Shown here piece by piece: positions 9,757 through 20,204 of a DNA stretch of 64,000 bases. This stretch comes from a virus (lineage: Duplodnaviria; Caudoviricetes), in IMG/VR virus record IMGVR_UViG_3300011113_000415. The stretch is one strand, 5' to 3'. Positions within the stretch are counted from its first letter, which is position 1. Every line of letters begins with the position of its first letter. The notes beneath the pieces are model-generated. The model did no database searches and was not told the DNA's origin. It saw nothing but the letters and a program-made list of their open reading frames with translations. A program made the position numbers and the translations under genes.

Positions 9757-10798
9757 CGTAAGCAAGTTCCGCAAGGAAATCACCAAAAGCATTGACGGCT
9801 TGTCAATCGGATTCAATGATCCCACAGACTGGATCTCCACAGGCAACTATGCCTTGAACTACCTAATTTCAGGAGACTTTAACCGAGGTATTCCCTTGGG
9901 AAAGGTAACTGTGTTTGCCGGTGAATCAGGAGCAGGTAAAAGTTATATCTGTTCAGGCAACATTATCAAGAACGCACAAGAACAAGGCATCTTTGTGGTG
10001 TTGATTGATACTGAAAACGCTCTTGACGAAGATTGGCTCAAAGCGTTAGGAGTTGATACATCAGAATCAAAGTTATTAAAACTAAGCATGGCCATGATTG
10101 ATGATGTGGCCAAAACTATTTCTACATTTATGAGTGACTACAAGGGCCTAGCAGATGGAGAACGCCCCAAAGTGTTGTTTGTGATTGATTCATTGGGCAT
10201 GTTGCTTACCCCCACAGATGTTAATCAGTTTGATGCAGGTGAAATGAAAGGCGACCTGGGTAGGAAGCCCAAGGCACTCACTGCATTAGTTCGCAACTGT
10301 GTCAACATGTTTGGCAGTTACAACGTGGGCTTGGTATGTACCAATCACACCTATGCCAGCCAGGATATGTTTGATCCTGATGACAAGATCTCCGGCGGTC
10401 AAGGTTTTATTTACGCCAGTAGTATTGTTGTTGCTATGAAGAAACTCAAACTCAAAGAGGACGAGGACGGCAACAAAGTGTCAGACGTCATGGGTATTCG
10501 CTCAGCCTGCAAGGTAATGAAAACACGTTATGCCAAACCCTTTGAAGGTGTGCAGGTCAAGATTCCTTACGAAACAGGCATGAATCCTTACTCAGGCTTG
10601 GTGGACTTGGCTGAAAAGAAAGGCTTCTTGAAAAAGGACGGCAATCGTTTGGCTTACACTACACTAGACGGTGAAATTCTCAAACACTTCCGCAAAGCCT
10701 GGGAGTCAAACGAAGGTGGTGTGCTTGACATTGTGATGTCAGAGTTTGGTCGACGCAAAGAAGAGGTAAGTACCCAGGAGGAAACACCAGATGAGTGA
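9740..10798 (+). CDS. uvsX: RecA-like recombinase UvsX
   Basis: Walker A GESGAGKS, IDTENALD, VIDSLG, NHTY and SGGQG motifs. Confidence 0.93.
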   Translation: MAKPFDVSKFRKEITKSIDGLSIGFNDPTDWISTGNYALNYLISGDFNRGIPLGKVTVFAGESGAGKSYICSGNIIKNAQEQGIFVVLIDTENALDEDWLKALGVDTSESKLLKLSMAMIDDVAKTISTFMSDYKGLADGERPKVLFVIDSLGMLLTPTDVNQFDAGEMKGDLGRKPKALTALVRNCVNMFGSYNVGLVCTNHTYASQDMFDPDDKISGGQGFIYASSIVVAMKKLKLKEDEDGNKVSDVMGIRSACKVMKTRYAKPFEGVQVKIPYETGMNPYSGLVDLAEKKGFLKKDGNRLAYTTLDGEILKHFRKAWESNEGGVLDIVMSEFGRRKEEVSTQEETPDE

Positions 10799-11048
10799 AA
10801 CAATAGCAAGTGAAATATGGTCTGAACTCAAGCGTTTTGTAAACACAGTGGACCGTGCGGAAGCCGCAGAAACTGTGATACAGATCTTGATGGACAATGA
10901 TTCGGACGTGGAAGATATTAGAAACGCCTTCAAAGGCGACGGTGACATCAAACGTGCTTTGACCACGTACCTTGACAATGACAAGGACTATGAGGAAGAT
11001 GAGTACGACGAAGATGAGTACGAAGAGGAAGAAGACTGGGAAAATTAA
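10791..11048 (+). CDS. Small acidic hypothetical phage protein
   Basis: 85 aa, translationally coupled to uvsX, Asp/Glu-rich tail. Confidence 0.65.
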   Translation: MSETIASEIWSELKRFVNTVDRAEAAETVIQILMDNDSDVEDIRNAFKGDGDIKRALTTYLDNDKDYEEDEYDEDEYEEEEDWEN

Positions 11049-12559
11049 TGAATCAATTGGATTTATTATTGGCCACACTACCACCAAATTATTTGAATGA
11101 ACCTCCTATAGCACCAGCCTTATTAAAATCAGCAGTAGAAAAGCAAGGATTTACTTGTCGAACACTGGATTTTTCACTGCATTGCTTACAAAAAATTTTC
11201 AAGGGACATTATGAGACTTATCTTGAGTGGGGAAACAGTTTGCCCAATCATGTGGATTATAACAAGGTAAGTGAGCAACATAAATTTCAACTGAATCAGG
11301 CAATCAATGAATTCTTAAACCTATTGGAAGAATTTAATCCACGGTTTTTGGCTTTGAGTGTTTTTAGTCTATGGCAACAGAGATTTTGTTACTTTCTTTG
11401 CCAGAAAATTAAAAATTCAAAATTTGAATGTAAAATTATTATTGGAGGCATGGGTTGTACACAGCCGCCAAAAGGACTGTATTCAATATCTAGTTTAAAT
11501 TATTTTGAAAAGAAAACTAGTTTTGCTAATTTTATGTTATCTAAGAAATTAACAGACTTTGCTATTGTTAACGATGGAGAACAAGAATTAGTAAATGTTC
11601 TAAGAAGTTCTGATAACTATTTGAGTTCTTTGATTTCCAACGAAACCAAATTTGATTATGACTACGTTCCTAGTTTTGATGATTACAAATTAGATCAATA
11701 TCTTTTTACTAATAATGAAAAAAAGTTATTGGTTCAAGGTTCCAAAGGTTGCATTCGTCAATGTGTCTTTTGCTCAGAACACAGTAACTATTCACAGTAT
11801 TATTTCAAAACTGGAATCAAAATTGCCAACGAAGTAATCTATTTGAGCAAAAAATATGGAATATATAAATTTCAATTTACAGACAGTTTGACCAATGGAT
11901 CTTTGAAAGAATTTAAAAATTTTGTTAGAATTTTAGCAGAGTACAATCAAACTAATCCGCAAAATCAAATTAAATGGCATGGTAATTATATATGCCGGAC
12001 TCAAAATCAAATGACCAATGATGATTTTCAATTGCTTAAATTGTCGGGTGCTCACGGACTAACTATTGGTGCCGAAAGCGGTAGTAATAGGGTGCTGGCA
12101 GAAATGAAAAAAAATACTACTGTAGAAGATTTGTTGTATGAAATAACAAAATTTCATCAATATAATATTGATTGTAATTTGCTTTTTTTAATAGGATTCT
12201 ATAATGAAACCTGGCAAGATTTCTTGTCAACATTAGATTTATTGAAAAAATTGCAAAGATATTTCTTTGATGGAACTATAAGCAATATTAGATTAGGGTA
12301 TACTTTGATGTTTGATGATGCCCAGCATTATCGTTTGAACGACTTTGAGTACACATCTGACAATCCTTATGACTGGATATGGCTCAAAAATTCTACTCTC
12401 ACTCTCCGAGAAAGAGTAAGAAGAAGAATTATTGCTCAGGAATTTTGTGACGCTCTGGGCATTCCGGTGGCTTTTGCAAGAGAAGACCTAATTGTTCTAA
12501 ATTCAATTTACAACAATATGTTATCGGCACTCGAGGAGTCAGCAGTTGGCACTCATTGA
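11048..12559 (+). CDS. Cobalamin-binding (class B-type) radical SAM protein
   Basis: N-terminal B12-binding-like domain (PPIAPALLK..KIIIGG), SKGCIRQCVFC, FTDSL, IGAESG, LIGF. Visibly AT-rich. Confidence 0.8.
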   Translation: MNQLDLLLATLPPNYLNEPPIAPALLKSAVEKQGFTCRTLDFSLHCLQKIFKGHYETYLEWGNSLPNHVDYNKVSEQHKFQLNQAINEFLNLLEEFNPRFLALSVFSLWQQRFCYFLCQKIKNSKFECKIIIGGMGCTQPPKGLYSISSLNYFEKKTSFANFMLSKKLTDFAIVNDGEQELVNVLRSSDNYLSSLISNETKFDYDYVPSFDDYKLDQYLFTNNEKKLLVQGSKGCIRQCVFCSEHSNYSQYYFKTGIKIANEVIYLSKKYGIYKFQFTDSLTNGSLKEFKNFVRILAEYNQTNPQNQIKWHGNYICRTQNQMTNDDFQLLKLSGAHGLTIGAESGSNRVLAEMKKNTTVEDLLYEITKFHQYNIDCNLLFLIGFYNETWQDFLSTLDLLKKLQRYFFDGTISNIRLGYTLMFDDAQHYRLNDFEYTSDNPYDWIWLKNSTLTLRERVRRRIIAQEFCDALGIPVAFAREDLIVLNSIYNNMLSALEESAVGTH

Positions 12560-13130
12560 TTCTATACCAGAAATTCAGTATCTAATAGCCGAGTCAGAAT
12601 CTCACACAATCAAAATGAGTTTGACAGGAGTACCTGTAGACACAAGATATCCTCATGTCAAACTCATAATAGATAATTGTATTCATTGGCAAAATACATT
12701 GATTGAACACAATGAATTACATTTTGAAAATTTAAAAATCAACAGTTCAGCATTAAATGTAGAATTGCATTATATCAACAAACAAGCACAAGATACCAAA
12801 GTCATTGACAATCAAATTATTGCCAATCAGTGTGTACACATTAACTGGATAGAAATAAATCAGGTAAAACTGCTACCTGATTTTTTGAGGCAATATAGTC
12901 TCACCACCTATCACTTGACAGAACAACAAAAAAATGCATATAATGCACAAGGCAATACTTGGAAAGATGTGCGAACAAATGTTTTGTACAACAATGGAAT
13001 CTGGCGTTTATCTTGCCAAAAACCAATCTTGACAAACTTGCTGAAACAAAAAACACTCACCAAGCATGTGTTTGAAACATCTCACTGCGATATTTTATTA
13101 CAGTTACAACAATATTTTAAAGAGTCATAA
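12546..13130 (+). CDS. Hypothetical protein, possible partner of the upstream B12 radical SAM
   Basis: 194-aa AT-rich ORF overlapping the upstream stop; no motif recognised. Confidence 0.55.
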   Translation: MALIDSIPEIQYLIAESESHTIKMSLTGVPVDTRYPHVKLIIDNCIHWQNTLIEHNELHFENLKINSSALNVELHYINKQAQDTKVIDNQIIANQCVHINWIEINQVKLLPDFLRQYSLTTYHLTEQQKNAYNAQGNTWKDVRTNVLYNNGIWRLSCQKPILTNLLKQKTLTKHVFETSHCDILLQLQQYFKES

Positions 13131-13132
13131 TC

Positions 13133-13585
13133 ATGTGGTACAGTAGAATAGTTGCCAGTCTTGCCGCAGTTCCAGATTTTATCAGTCACTACGAGCGCGA
13201 ACTTGAAGATGCCAAACGAGACTGTAAAATCTCTGGCATAGTAGAAAAAAATATCACAGCCTTGCCTGGAATAACCGAACATAGATTCAATCAACTGCAA
13301 GAGATTGAAGCAGTACTCAATTACCTCAACATACAATTGAGAAAAATACGCAGAAAGCACTTTCAAAAATATCTTGAAAATTATGCCCGTGCTCTTACAT
13401 CTAGAGATGCTGAAAAATACGTGGATGGCGAAGATGAAGTGATTGATTATGAAACCATCATTAACGAAGTGGCCTATCTCCGTAATCGTTGGCTAGGAGT
13501 CATGAAAGGCCTAGACTCCAAATCCTGGATGTCAGGACATGTGGTGCGGCTAAGAACTGCGGGCATGGAAGATATCCAGGTGTAA
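13133..13585 (+). CDS. uvsY: Recombination mediator UvsY-like protein
   Basis: 150-aa helical protein with YLENYARALTSRDAEKYVDGE and MKGLDSK, as in UvsY family members; lies near uvsX. Confidence 0.75.
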   Translation: MWYSRIVASLAAVPDFISHYERELEDAKRDCKISGIVEKNITALPGITEHRFNQLQEIEAVLNYLNIQLRKIRRKHFQKYLENYARALTSRDAEKYVDGEDEVIDYETIINEVAYLRNRWLGVMKGLDSKSWMSGHVVRLRTAGMEDIQV

Positions 13586-13593
13586 ATACCTGC

Positions 13594-14352
13594 ATGAAAA
13601 TCGTAATTGTTTCAGGCGGGTTCGACCCACTTCACTCCGGGCATATTTCCTATCTCAATCACGCCGACCATCTGGGCGATCATGTGGTCGTGGCATTGAA
13701 CTCAGATGCTTGGCTTACACGCAAAAAAGATCGTCCGTTTATGTCTTGGCGTGAACGTATGACTATACTAGACAATCTGCATATGGTTGGCGAAGTGATT
13801 GAATTTGACGATACAGATGGCACAGCCTGCGATGCTATTCGGCAGGTTAAACAAAAATATCCCAATGATGAAATTATTTTTGCCAATGGCGGAGATCGCA
13901 CGGCAGAAAATATTCCAGAAATGATATTTGATGATGTAGAGTTTGTGTTTGGTGTAGGCGGCGAGGACAAAGCCAACTCTAGTTCGTGGATACTTGAAGA
14001 CTGGAAGAAACCCCGGACAGAACGTGCTTGGGGTTACTATCGTGTGCTACACGAAGTAGGAAATCACGTCAAGTTAAAAGAACTCACAGTCAATCCCAAA
14101 ACATGCCTTAGTATGCAACGCCATGACCAACGTGCAGAGTTTTGGTTTGTAGCAGAAGGTGAAGCCACGGTGTACACAGTTGACCCGCATAGTACAGAAT
14201 ATGACTTGATGGCCAGTCCCTCAAAGCATCAGTCGACCTGGATCCGACTCAATGAATGGCATCAATTGTGCAATGAAACTGACAATCCTTTGAAGTTGAT
14301 TGAAATTCAATACGGCGAAAATTGTGTGGAAGAGGACATCGAACGTCGATGA
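13594..14352 (+). CDS. Bifunctional cytidylyltransferase-like (HIGH family) / type II mannose-6-phosphate isomerase cupin
   Basis: SGGFDPLHSGH, VALNSD, FANGGDR and SSS; C-terminal RAWGYY..LSMQRH..RAEFW cupin. TAAATA at 13583. Confidence 0.85.
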   Translation: MKIVIVSGGFDPLHSGHISYLNHADHLGDHVVVALNSDAWLTRKKDRPFMSWRERMTILDNLHMVGEVIEFDDTDGTACDAIRQVKQKYPNDEIIFANGGDRTAENIPEMIFDDVEFVFGVGGEDKANSSSWILEDWKKPRTERAWGYYRVLHEVGNHVKLKELTVNPKTCLSMQRHDQRAEFWFVAEGEATVYTVDPHSTEYDLMASPSKHQSTWIRLNEWHQLCNETDNPLKLIEIQYGENCVEEDIERR

Positions 14353-15038
14353 AAGACATTATACCAATCTTTATTGGGTATGATCCTCGAGAAGCCATTG
14401 CTTATCACACCTGTGTGAATTCGATCATCAGACATGCAACTTGCCCTGTGAGCATTGTGCCAGTGGCCTTGAACTTGTTTCAAGACTATAGTGAAACACA
14501 CACCGACGGATCAAATCACTTTATCTACACACGTTTCCTAGTGCCATATCTAATGAACTATGTAGGTCATGCCATCTTTATCGATGGCGACATGATCTTG
14601 AGAGATGACATTTCAAAGTTATGGGCCCTACGTGAATACAGCAAAGATGTGCAAGTGGTCAAACATGATTATCAAACCCGGATGACAGAAAAATATTTAG
14701 GTGCAAAAAATGAAAATTACCCGAGAAAAAATTGGTCTAGTGTTATTCTATGGAATTGCGGCACTTATCCTAATAGGAAACTTACACCTGACTTTATCCA
14801 GCGATCTACCGGCGCTGAACTTCATCGCTTTACCTGGATAGAAGACGATCGTATTGGGGAGTTGCCAAGAGAGTGGAACTGGTTGCCTGATGAATACGGG
14901 CCTAACCCAGATGCTAAGTTATTGCATTACACCTTGGGCACACCTTGCTTTCATGAATTTGCTGATACTCCTCAAGCCGATGAATGGCACCGAGAACGCA
15001 TACTAACTGAATATTGTCAGCAAAGGTTGATAGAATGA
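14349..15038 (+). CDS. Glycosyltransferase (GT8-like)
   Basis: IFIGYDPRE, FIDGDM, YPRKNWSS, WNWL, HYTLGTP. Confidence 0.8.
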   Translation: MKDIIPIFIGYDPREAIAYHTCVNSIIRHATCPVSIVPVALNLFQDYSETHTDGSNHFIYTRFLVPYLMNYVGHAIFIDGDMILRDDISKLWALREYSKDVQVVKHDYQTRMTEKYLGAKNENYPRKNWSSVILWNCGTYPNRKLTPDFIQRSTGAELHRFTWIEDDRIGELPREWNWLPDEYGPNPDAKLLHYTLGTPCFHEFADTPQADEWHRERILTEYCQQRLIE

Positions 15039-16027
15039 TTTGGGAACAGGAAGATGAATCATCATATATCCCACCTGCACCTCCTGCACCACCAGAACCG
15101 CATGTGTTAGATCAAGTTGTACCTGAGATTCGAGACATATTTGATAACATATTAAAGTATCGCGTGGATTCCGCAGGATCAGTCTATGGCATTACACTGC
15201 AAACATTGTATGCGCAAATTGCCGCATTGCCAGTTAATAACATAGTAAGCACTGACAGCGAATATAGATACGAAAGAAAAGGACACATGTACGATCCTAT
15301 CCTACAAAGTTTTGTGCAAGGTGCTGGAGGACAGATCAGCACATGGTCAAAAGAAGAATTTACCACAACTCCTGTGGTGTTGCGAGGTATTACCAAACGC
15401 AAGCAAATGGAAGCATGTCGTGCAGCCGGCAGAGATTTCTTTTATATCGACACTGGTTATTTTGGTAATGGTAAAAAGAAACTGTACCATAGAATCACAC
15501 GCAATGATGTACAGTGGTTTGGGCCTGTAATAGAACGTCCTGGGGATAGACTAAGCAAAATCGGAGTACAACTCAAAAAGTTTAGACGTGGTCGTAATAT
15601 CTTGTTGGCTCCGCCTAGCCAAAAATTATTGAACAATTATGATATCAATCTTAAAGAATGGTTGGCCAATGTACAAGAAGAAATCGCTCAATACACTGAC
15701 AGACCCGTGGTAATTAGAACCAAGCAAGGACGCAGTACCAGAGTCAACGACGATACCATGGAAATGGCCTTGGATCGCGATGTACATTGTTTGGTTACAT
15801 TTTCCAGCATTGCCGCAGGCGAAGCCTTGCTACATGGCAAACCTGCAATCACACTGGGACCAAATGCAGCCGCGCCACTGTGCAGTCAGAGTTTGTCAGA
15901 AATTGAAAATCTCAAAGTCCCTACATTGGACGAAGTTGAGGCCTGGGCCCGCCACATAGCATATTGTCAATTTACTGAAGCGGAAATGCGTGATGGTACC
16001 GCCTGGCGCATATTAAACAATGCTTGA
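15035..16027 (+). CDS. Capsule-biosynthesis (KpsS/KpsC-like) GT-B protein
   Basis: YIDTGY, LLAPPS, VTFSSIAAGEALLHGKP, W..HIAYCQF..E. Confidence 0.6.
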   Translation: MIWEQEDESSYIPPAPPAPPEPHVLDQVVPEIRDIFDNILKYRVDSAGSVYGITLQTLYAQIAALPVNNIVSTDSEYRYERKGHMYDPILQSFVQGAGGQISTWSKEEFTTTPVVLRGITKRKQMEACRAAGRDFFYIDTGYFGNGKKKLYHRITRNDVQWFGPVIERPGDRLSKIGVQLKKFRRGRNILLAPPSQKLLNNYDINLKEWLANVQEEIAQYTDRPVVIRTKQGRSTRVNDDTMEMALDRDVHCLVTFSSIAAGEALLHGKPAITLGPNAAAPLCSQSLSEIENLKVPTLDEVEAWARHIAYCQFTEAEMRDGTAWRILNNA

Positions 16028-16946
16028 TTGTGTTGTGTACATTTCCAGTGTGGCCAATGTCAAAAAACACAGCCGCAAACAGCAATGTCTTGAGAGTTTT
16101 GCCACCGGTGTTGCCAACTGTGGAGGCCAAGTTAGGCTGGAACATGATTACGTATACACACCCAGTAGATTGGCAGTGATGCTGGGTTGGGCAACCACCA
16201 ACACCGGCGGTCGTAACATTGCCTTGCGCAAAGAAATCATATCTGAACAACACAGACGTGGACTTGATACCATGTGCATTGATGCCAGTTGTTTCAAGTA
16301 CCAGGATCAATCAGGTACCTATCTGCGCTATAGTTTAGGTGGTCCATTTTATGATCGTGCGGAGTACGCAAATCGCAACAGTGATTCTACCAAGTGGCAA
16401 GAAATTCAAAACAGATTGCATATCCAACTCAAGCCTGATCAATCAAGAGATGGTTATATCTTGATTGGTATGCAACGTGATGGTGGATTTAGTATGAAAA
16501 CTTTGAGCCCTTTGTTGTGGCTTGAACGTAAAATACAAGAAATCAGAAAATACACCAATCGAGCAATTGTTGTACGTCCACACCCTGGCAAGTTTGATAT
16601 GAGAGAGTTTGCGCAGTTTCACAACAAACTGAATGTTCGGGTGATTGATCCCACACAATCTACGTTGTTGGAAAATTTACAACAGGCACATTCCTCGGTG
16701 TTTTTTAACAGCAGTGCAAGTGTGGCTGCGGTGTTGGAAGGTGTACCGGTGTTTGTTGATGACGCCAGCGCAGTCACTTGGTCAGTGGCACATCACACTA
16801 TCTCACAAATAGAATCAAGTCGGGTGTTTGAAAGAGAACAATGGTTATGGGATTTGGCCACCGCACACTGGAGTGATGCAGACGCACAGGCCGGGCGTAT
16901 CTGGCAAAAGTTTCTGCCTTACTTGACTTCTACCACAACGTCGTAA
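16020..16946 (+). CDS. Capsule-biosynthesis (KpsS/KpsC-like) GT-B protein
   Basis: VRPHP, FFNSSASVAAVLEGVP, W.WDLATAHW. Confidence 0.6.
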   Translation: MLDCVVYISSVANVKKHSRKQQCLESFATGVANCGGQVRLEHDYVYTPSRLAVMLGWATTNTGGRNIALRKEIISEQHRRGLDTMCIDASCFKYQDQSGTYLRYSLGGPFYDRAEYANRNSDSTKWQEIQNRLHIQLKPDQSRDGYILIGMQRDGGFSMKTLSPLLWLERKIQEIRKYTNRAIVVRPHPGKFDMREFAQFHNKLNVRVIDPTQSTLLENLQQAHSSVFFNSSASVAAVLEGVPVFVDDASAVTWSVAHHTISQIESSRVFEREQWLWDLATAHWSDADAQAGRIWQKFLPYLTSTTTS

Positions 16947-17476
16947 TTCCAGCCTCGAACTTCAGGCCACTTTTGGCTTTTGTCAAATATAGAAATATCT
17001 TCTGAAACAATATCAACGTTCATGTTGGCCAACAACTGTTCACGCCACCATTCTGGCTTCTCCACAATCAAGTGAGCATTGCGTCCATCTGGTAACTGTT
17101 TCTTCGCAGGATAGCAGGCAATTCTAAACCATCCAGCCACTAGCATCTTGCTACCAATCAACTGTAAAGTTGCAGCCAAATGCTCGGGCTCAATGTGTTC
17201 AAATACATCTGCACTGACTATGACATCAAATGAGCGTTTGGGTATACGACTGTGTTCCACATTGCCTGGATCATAACCTTCCACACGCATGTTGGGATAA
17301 GTTTCTTGCAAGGAGTTGACCAACGCACCTACACCGCATCCAAAATCCAACACACTTGTGGGATTATAACGTTCAATTATTGAACGTACAACCTTGGCGG
17401 TTTTGGCACCATTTACGAATCTACCCTGCTGGTGCATAGTAATCAATTGCTCTTGGTATTTGGGATCTATAATCAT
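16919..17476 (-). CDS. Class I SAM-dependent methyltransferase
   Basis: VLDFGCGVG, GYDPG, DVFEHIEP, NAHLIV. Confidence 0.85.
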   Translation of the reverse strand: MIIDPKYQEQLITMHQQGRFVNGAKTAKVVRSIIERYNPTSVLDFGCGVGALVNSLQETYPNMRVEGYDPGNVEHSRIPKRSFDVIVSADVFEHIEPEHLAATLQLIGSKMLVAGWFRIACYPAKKQLPDGRNAHLIVEKPEWWREQLLANMNVDIVSEDISIFDKSQKWPEVRGWNYDVVVEVK

Positions 17477-18147
17477 CTGTGATTTACCTCTATGTATTCA
17501 TACTTGCCACTGAAAGTATCAGGCACATCCTTCCACGTTGCGTTTAATTGGTCTTCTAGCCAAGTGTTGTAGTAAGGACGATCTTTCCACCACCAGAACA
17601 AATCACCCGAGTTCCAGTCAGTATAGTGACTGCGAAAGAAGTCACGTGTTCTAGGCTGTTGAAAGTGTGCAGGATCGTACATGCTCTTTTTGCCTTTGGC
17701 TTTGCGTTGAAAATTTATGCCAATGAAACAAAACTTTTCAGCGTAGGATTCCAAACGTTTCCGCACCCACGGCATGTCATCGTCGGGTATGCTGTTCAGC
17801 ACCTGTGTACATATTACCCCATCAAACTTTGTGCCGTCAGCGGGCAGTTGTTCAAAGCCTGCCACACAAGGATCGTAACAATAGACATTGACACCAAGGT
17901 ATTTGTCAAACGTTTGCCATTGATCCGGGGGCAATTCAATTCCAGCACCGCCACCATAAGGTAAACGTTCTTTATATTGTAATCCTTTGCCGCATCCATA
18001 ATCGAGTATGGTACGGGCGCCATACCAATCCACAAGGTCTTTGATGCACTTCTGATACTTTACAACATCGTATCCAGCCCAACTCTTGTTGTTCTCTTGG
18101 AACTCACGCCCTAGTCTAACTGATTCTTGGTAATAAGAACTTGTCAT
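17473..18147 (-). CDS. Class I SAM-dependent methyltransferase
   Basis: ILDYGCGKG, YDP, FDGVICTQVL. Confidence 0.85.
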   Translation of the reverse strand: MTSSYYQESVRLGREFQENNKSWAGYDVVKYQKCIKDLVDWYGARTILDYGCGKGLQYKERLPYGGGAGIELPPDQWQTFDKYLGVNVYCYDPCVAGFEQLPADGTKFDGVICTQVLNSIPDDDMPWVRKRLESYAEKFCFIGINFQRKAKGKKSMYDPAHFQQPRTRDFFRSHYTDWNSGDLFWWWKDRPYYNTWLEDQLNATWKDVPDTFSGKYEYIEVNHR

Positions 18148-18770
18148 AATAACTTGATCTCCACAGTGGCACGTTTTTTACCGCCAGCATTTGAAATCAC
18201 ACGAACAACTTCAAATCCATCTACTCCAATGAAATTTGTTTCTGTGCCTTTGCATCTAATGTCCAACACAATTCTGGTACCAGGGTGTGAATGTCGTTTC
18301 ATTAGGTCTATATAGGTGGCCACAGGATAGTGATGCCCACAACTGAGCCAACTGGTGATGACATCAAACTTTACATCACTGGGTATGTTGATCATGCTGG
18401 CATCAACAAGATGGTAGTTTTTTGTGCCTAGTTCTTGCAATTTTGAATCTAAGAATTCAAAAGTGTGATAAAACTTCAATTCACTAGAATCTGTGTTCCA
18501 ATTACCATAACTAGCACTTTCAGGTTTGGCTGTGTTGTTACTGGCATCACCATCCAACAACCAAAGTTCTGTGCCGTACTTTTCATTGAACCATCTTGAG
18601 TCCCAGGCAAAACCACAACCGATGTCCAGCAATCGCCCTACAGGCTGATTCAAGTAAGCATCTACGGTTTCAAAGTTTGCTCTGCGTTTGGCAATGTATT
18701 TGTCAGTGGTCCACTTGCGTGACCATTGTGCCGAATCAGCGGCTCCTTTGTCAGGATCTTCTATCGCCAT
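18144..18770 (-). CDS. Class I SAM-dependent methyltransferase
   Basis: LLDIGCGFA, LLDGD, FDVITSWLSCGHHYP. Confidence 0.8.
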   Translation of the reverse strand: MAIEDPDKGAADSAQWSRKWTTDKYIAKRRANFETVDAYLNQPVGRLLDIGCGFAWDSRWFNEKYGTELWLLDGDASNNTAKPESASYGNWNTDSSELKFYHTFEFLDSKLQELGTKNYHLVDASMINIPSDVKFDVITSWLSCGHHYPVATYIDLMKRHSHPGTRIVLDIRCKGTETNFIGVDGFEVVRVISNAGGKKRATVEIKLL

Positions 18771-19408
18771 CCCATGATCCAATCATCTTTGACTTGGTCT
18801 AGTCGAACCATGCCCCAATCCTCCAATAAACAAATGGCAGCAAACTGTCCATAGTCTTTTGAGTACATATCGTGAGGCTTTTGTTCTATTACCACAACAG
18901 GCCGACAGCGTTGAATAGTATCTTTGGCACCTTGAAGCACACGGTATTCAAAGCCTTCGCAATCAATTTTGATGTAGTCAACTTTTTGCAAATTTAATGT
19001 GTCTAATTTTACTATAACTGTGGAGCCAGTCTTGCTGTCGGGATCAACATGAGTATGACCAGTGTTGCCTTCAGTTATAATCATGTTTACCAGCCCATCT
19101 GAATCGCCTAAGGCCACAGGTTTAATAGAGATGTTTGACGCAAGCACATTCTTTTCCAAGCACTCTCTAAACATCTCAACAGGTTCAAATGCTACCACAT
19201 GTTCAAAATGTTGCACAAGATCGCGTGACCATAGTCCTACATTAGCACCAATATCCAGTGCGGTTCTTTTGTTGCGAACATGTTGCAAACTTCGTAGTCT
19301 CACTGGTTGTTGATATTCAGCAGGTCCTCCTTTGCTGATATTCTTGGCCAGCATTTGGGGAAAGTGTTGTTCGATGTCTGGGAAGAACCATCCGTATTGT
19401 TCACGCAT
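18761..19408 (-). CDS. FkbM-family methyltransferase
   Basis: ALDIGANVG, AFEP, LDTL, IKIDCEGFE..VLQGA. Confidence 0.88.
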   Translation of the reverse strand: MREQYGWFFPDIEQHFPQMLAKNISKGGPAEYQQPVRLRSLQHVRNKRTALDIGANVGLWSRDLVQHFEHVVAFEPVEMFRECLEKNVLASNISIKPVALGDSDGLVNMIITEGNTGHTHVDPDSKTGSTVIVKLDTLNLQKVDYIKIDCEGFEYRVLQGAKDTIQRCRPVVVIEQKPHDMYSKDYGQFAAICLLEDWGMVRLDQVKDDWIMGWR

Positions 19409-20204
19409 GAGCAGTCTCCTTGAGTATTGCGGCAGCGGTACCATTGGCCAATTCATCAATATGAAATTGCCCATAAGCCAAATGACATGCCCATTTATAT
19501 ATCTGGTCCGAATCAGGGAACCACGGCTGTTCAATGGCACACAAATTTGTATTGCTCATGGGCCGGGCGGCATTGGAAGGCGCTGTAACAAAAACAGGTA
19601 CACCAGACAATATCGATTCAGTAGCCGCTGTACTGTTAAAAGTTACCACAGCATGCACATCTTCCAGCCAATCTTGTGCCACCTGTGTTTTACGATCCCA
19701 TCTACTGGCCGGACGATCACGCACACGTATGGGGCGATCAGTATGTTGTTGAAGCAGATTTACTGTGGTTTCCATCCACGACTCGAGTGTGGTATCATAA
19801 AATGCACAAGGCTTTTGATCTGGAGCGACCAACAATATGTCACGGCCTCCTGTTTGTCGTGAGTTGATTTTTATGTCTAGTCTTTCAAATCTATCTGCTG
19901 GTCTGTCAATCACTGATCCATGCTGTAGATCGTTGGGCACTATTCTATGCCAATGTTTCCACCCTCCAGGATTTTTTTTGCTGGGTCTATTGCCCAAATA
20001 GCCCGAATCCATGTAGTAAAACTGCCGGCCATCCCCCCAACAGCGTTTGATAATTTTGTGTTTCATAATGCCACGTATAATCAGTGGATCTGTGCTGTCT
20101 TCGTAGCGCCAGGTTTCCAAACAAGTGGGTGCTGTATTACAGCCAGCCGCAAACATTTCAATGTATTCGTCACAGTTGTTTTTGTTGAGAAATATCCAGG
20201 TCAT
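19401..20204 (-). CDS. Capsule-biosynthesis (KpsS/KpsC-like) GT-B protein
   Basis: YMDSGYL, LLVAP, VTFNSTAATESILSGVP, WACHLAYGQF..E; paralog of the gene at 15035. Confidence 0.6.
   Translation of the reverse strand: MTWIFLNKNNCDEYIEMFAAGCNTAPTCLETWRYEDSTDPLIIRGIMKHKIIKRCWGDGRQFYYMDSGYLGNRPSKKNPGGWKHWHRIVPNDLQHGSVIDRPADRFERLDIKINSRQTGGRDILLVAPDQKPCAFYDTTLESWMETTVNLLQQHTDRPIRVRDRPASRWDRKTQVAQDWLEDVHAVVTFNSTAATESILSGVPVFVTAPSNAARPMSNTNLCAIEQPWFPDSDQIYKWACHLAYGQFHIDELANGTAAAILKETAHA

Noticed and set aside
10981-11040. GAAGATGAGTACGA tandem repeat
   Set aside because: It simply encodes the acidic tail of a small protein.
13489-13593. Longer start for the cytidylyltransferase; similarly extended starts at 4678, 18782, 19540, 20973, 21025, 25252 and 44652
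   Set aside because: These extensions overlap neighbouring genes or promoters; family motifs and TAAATA/overlap coupling support the downstream starts.
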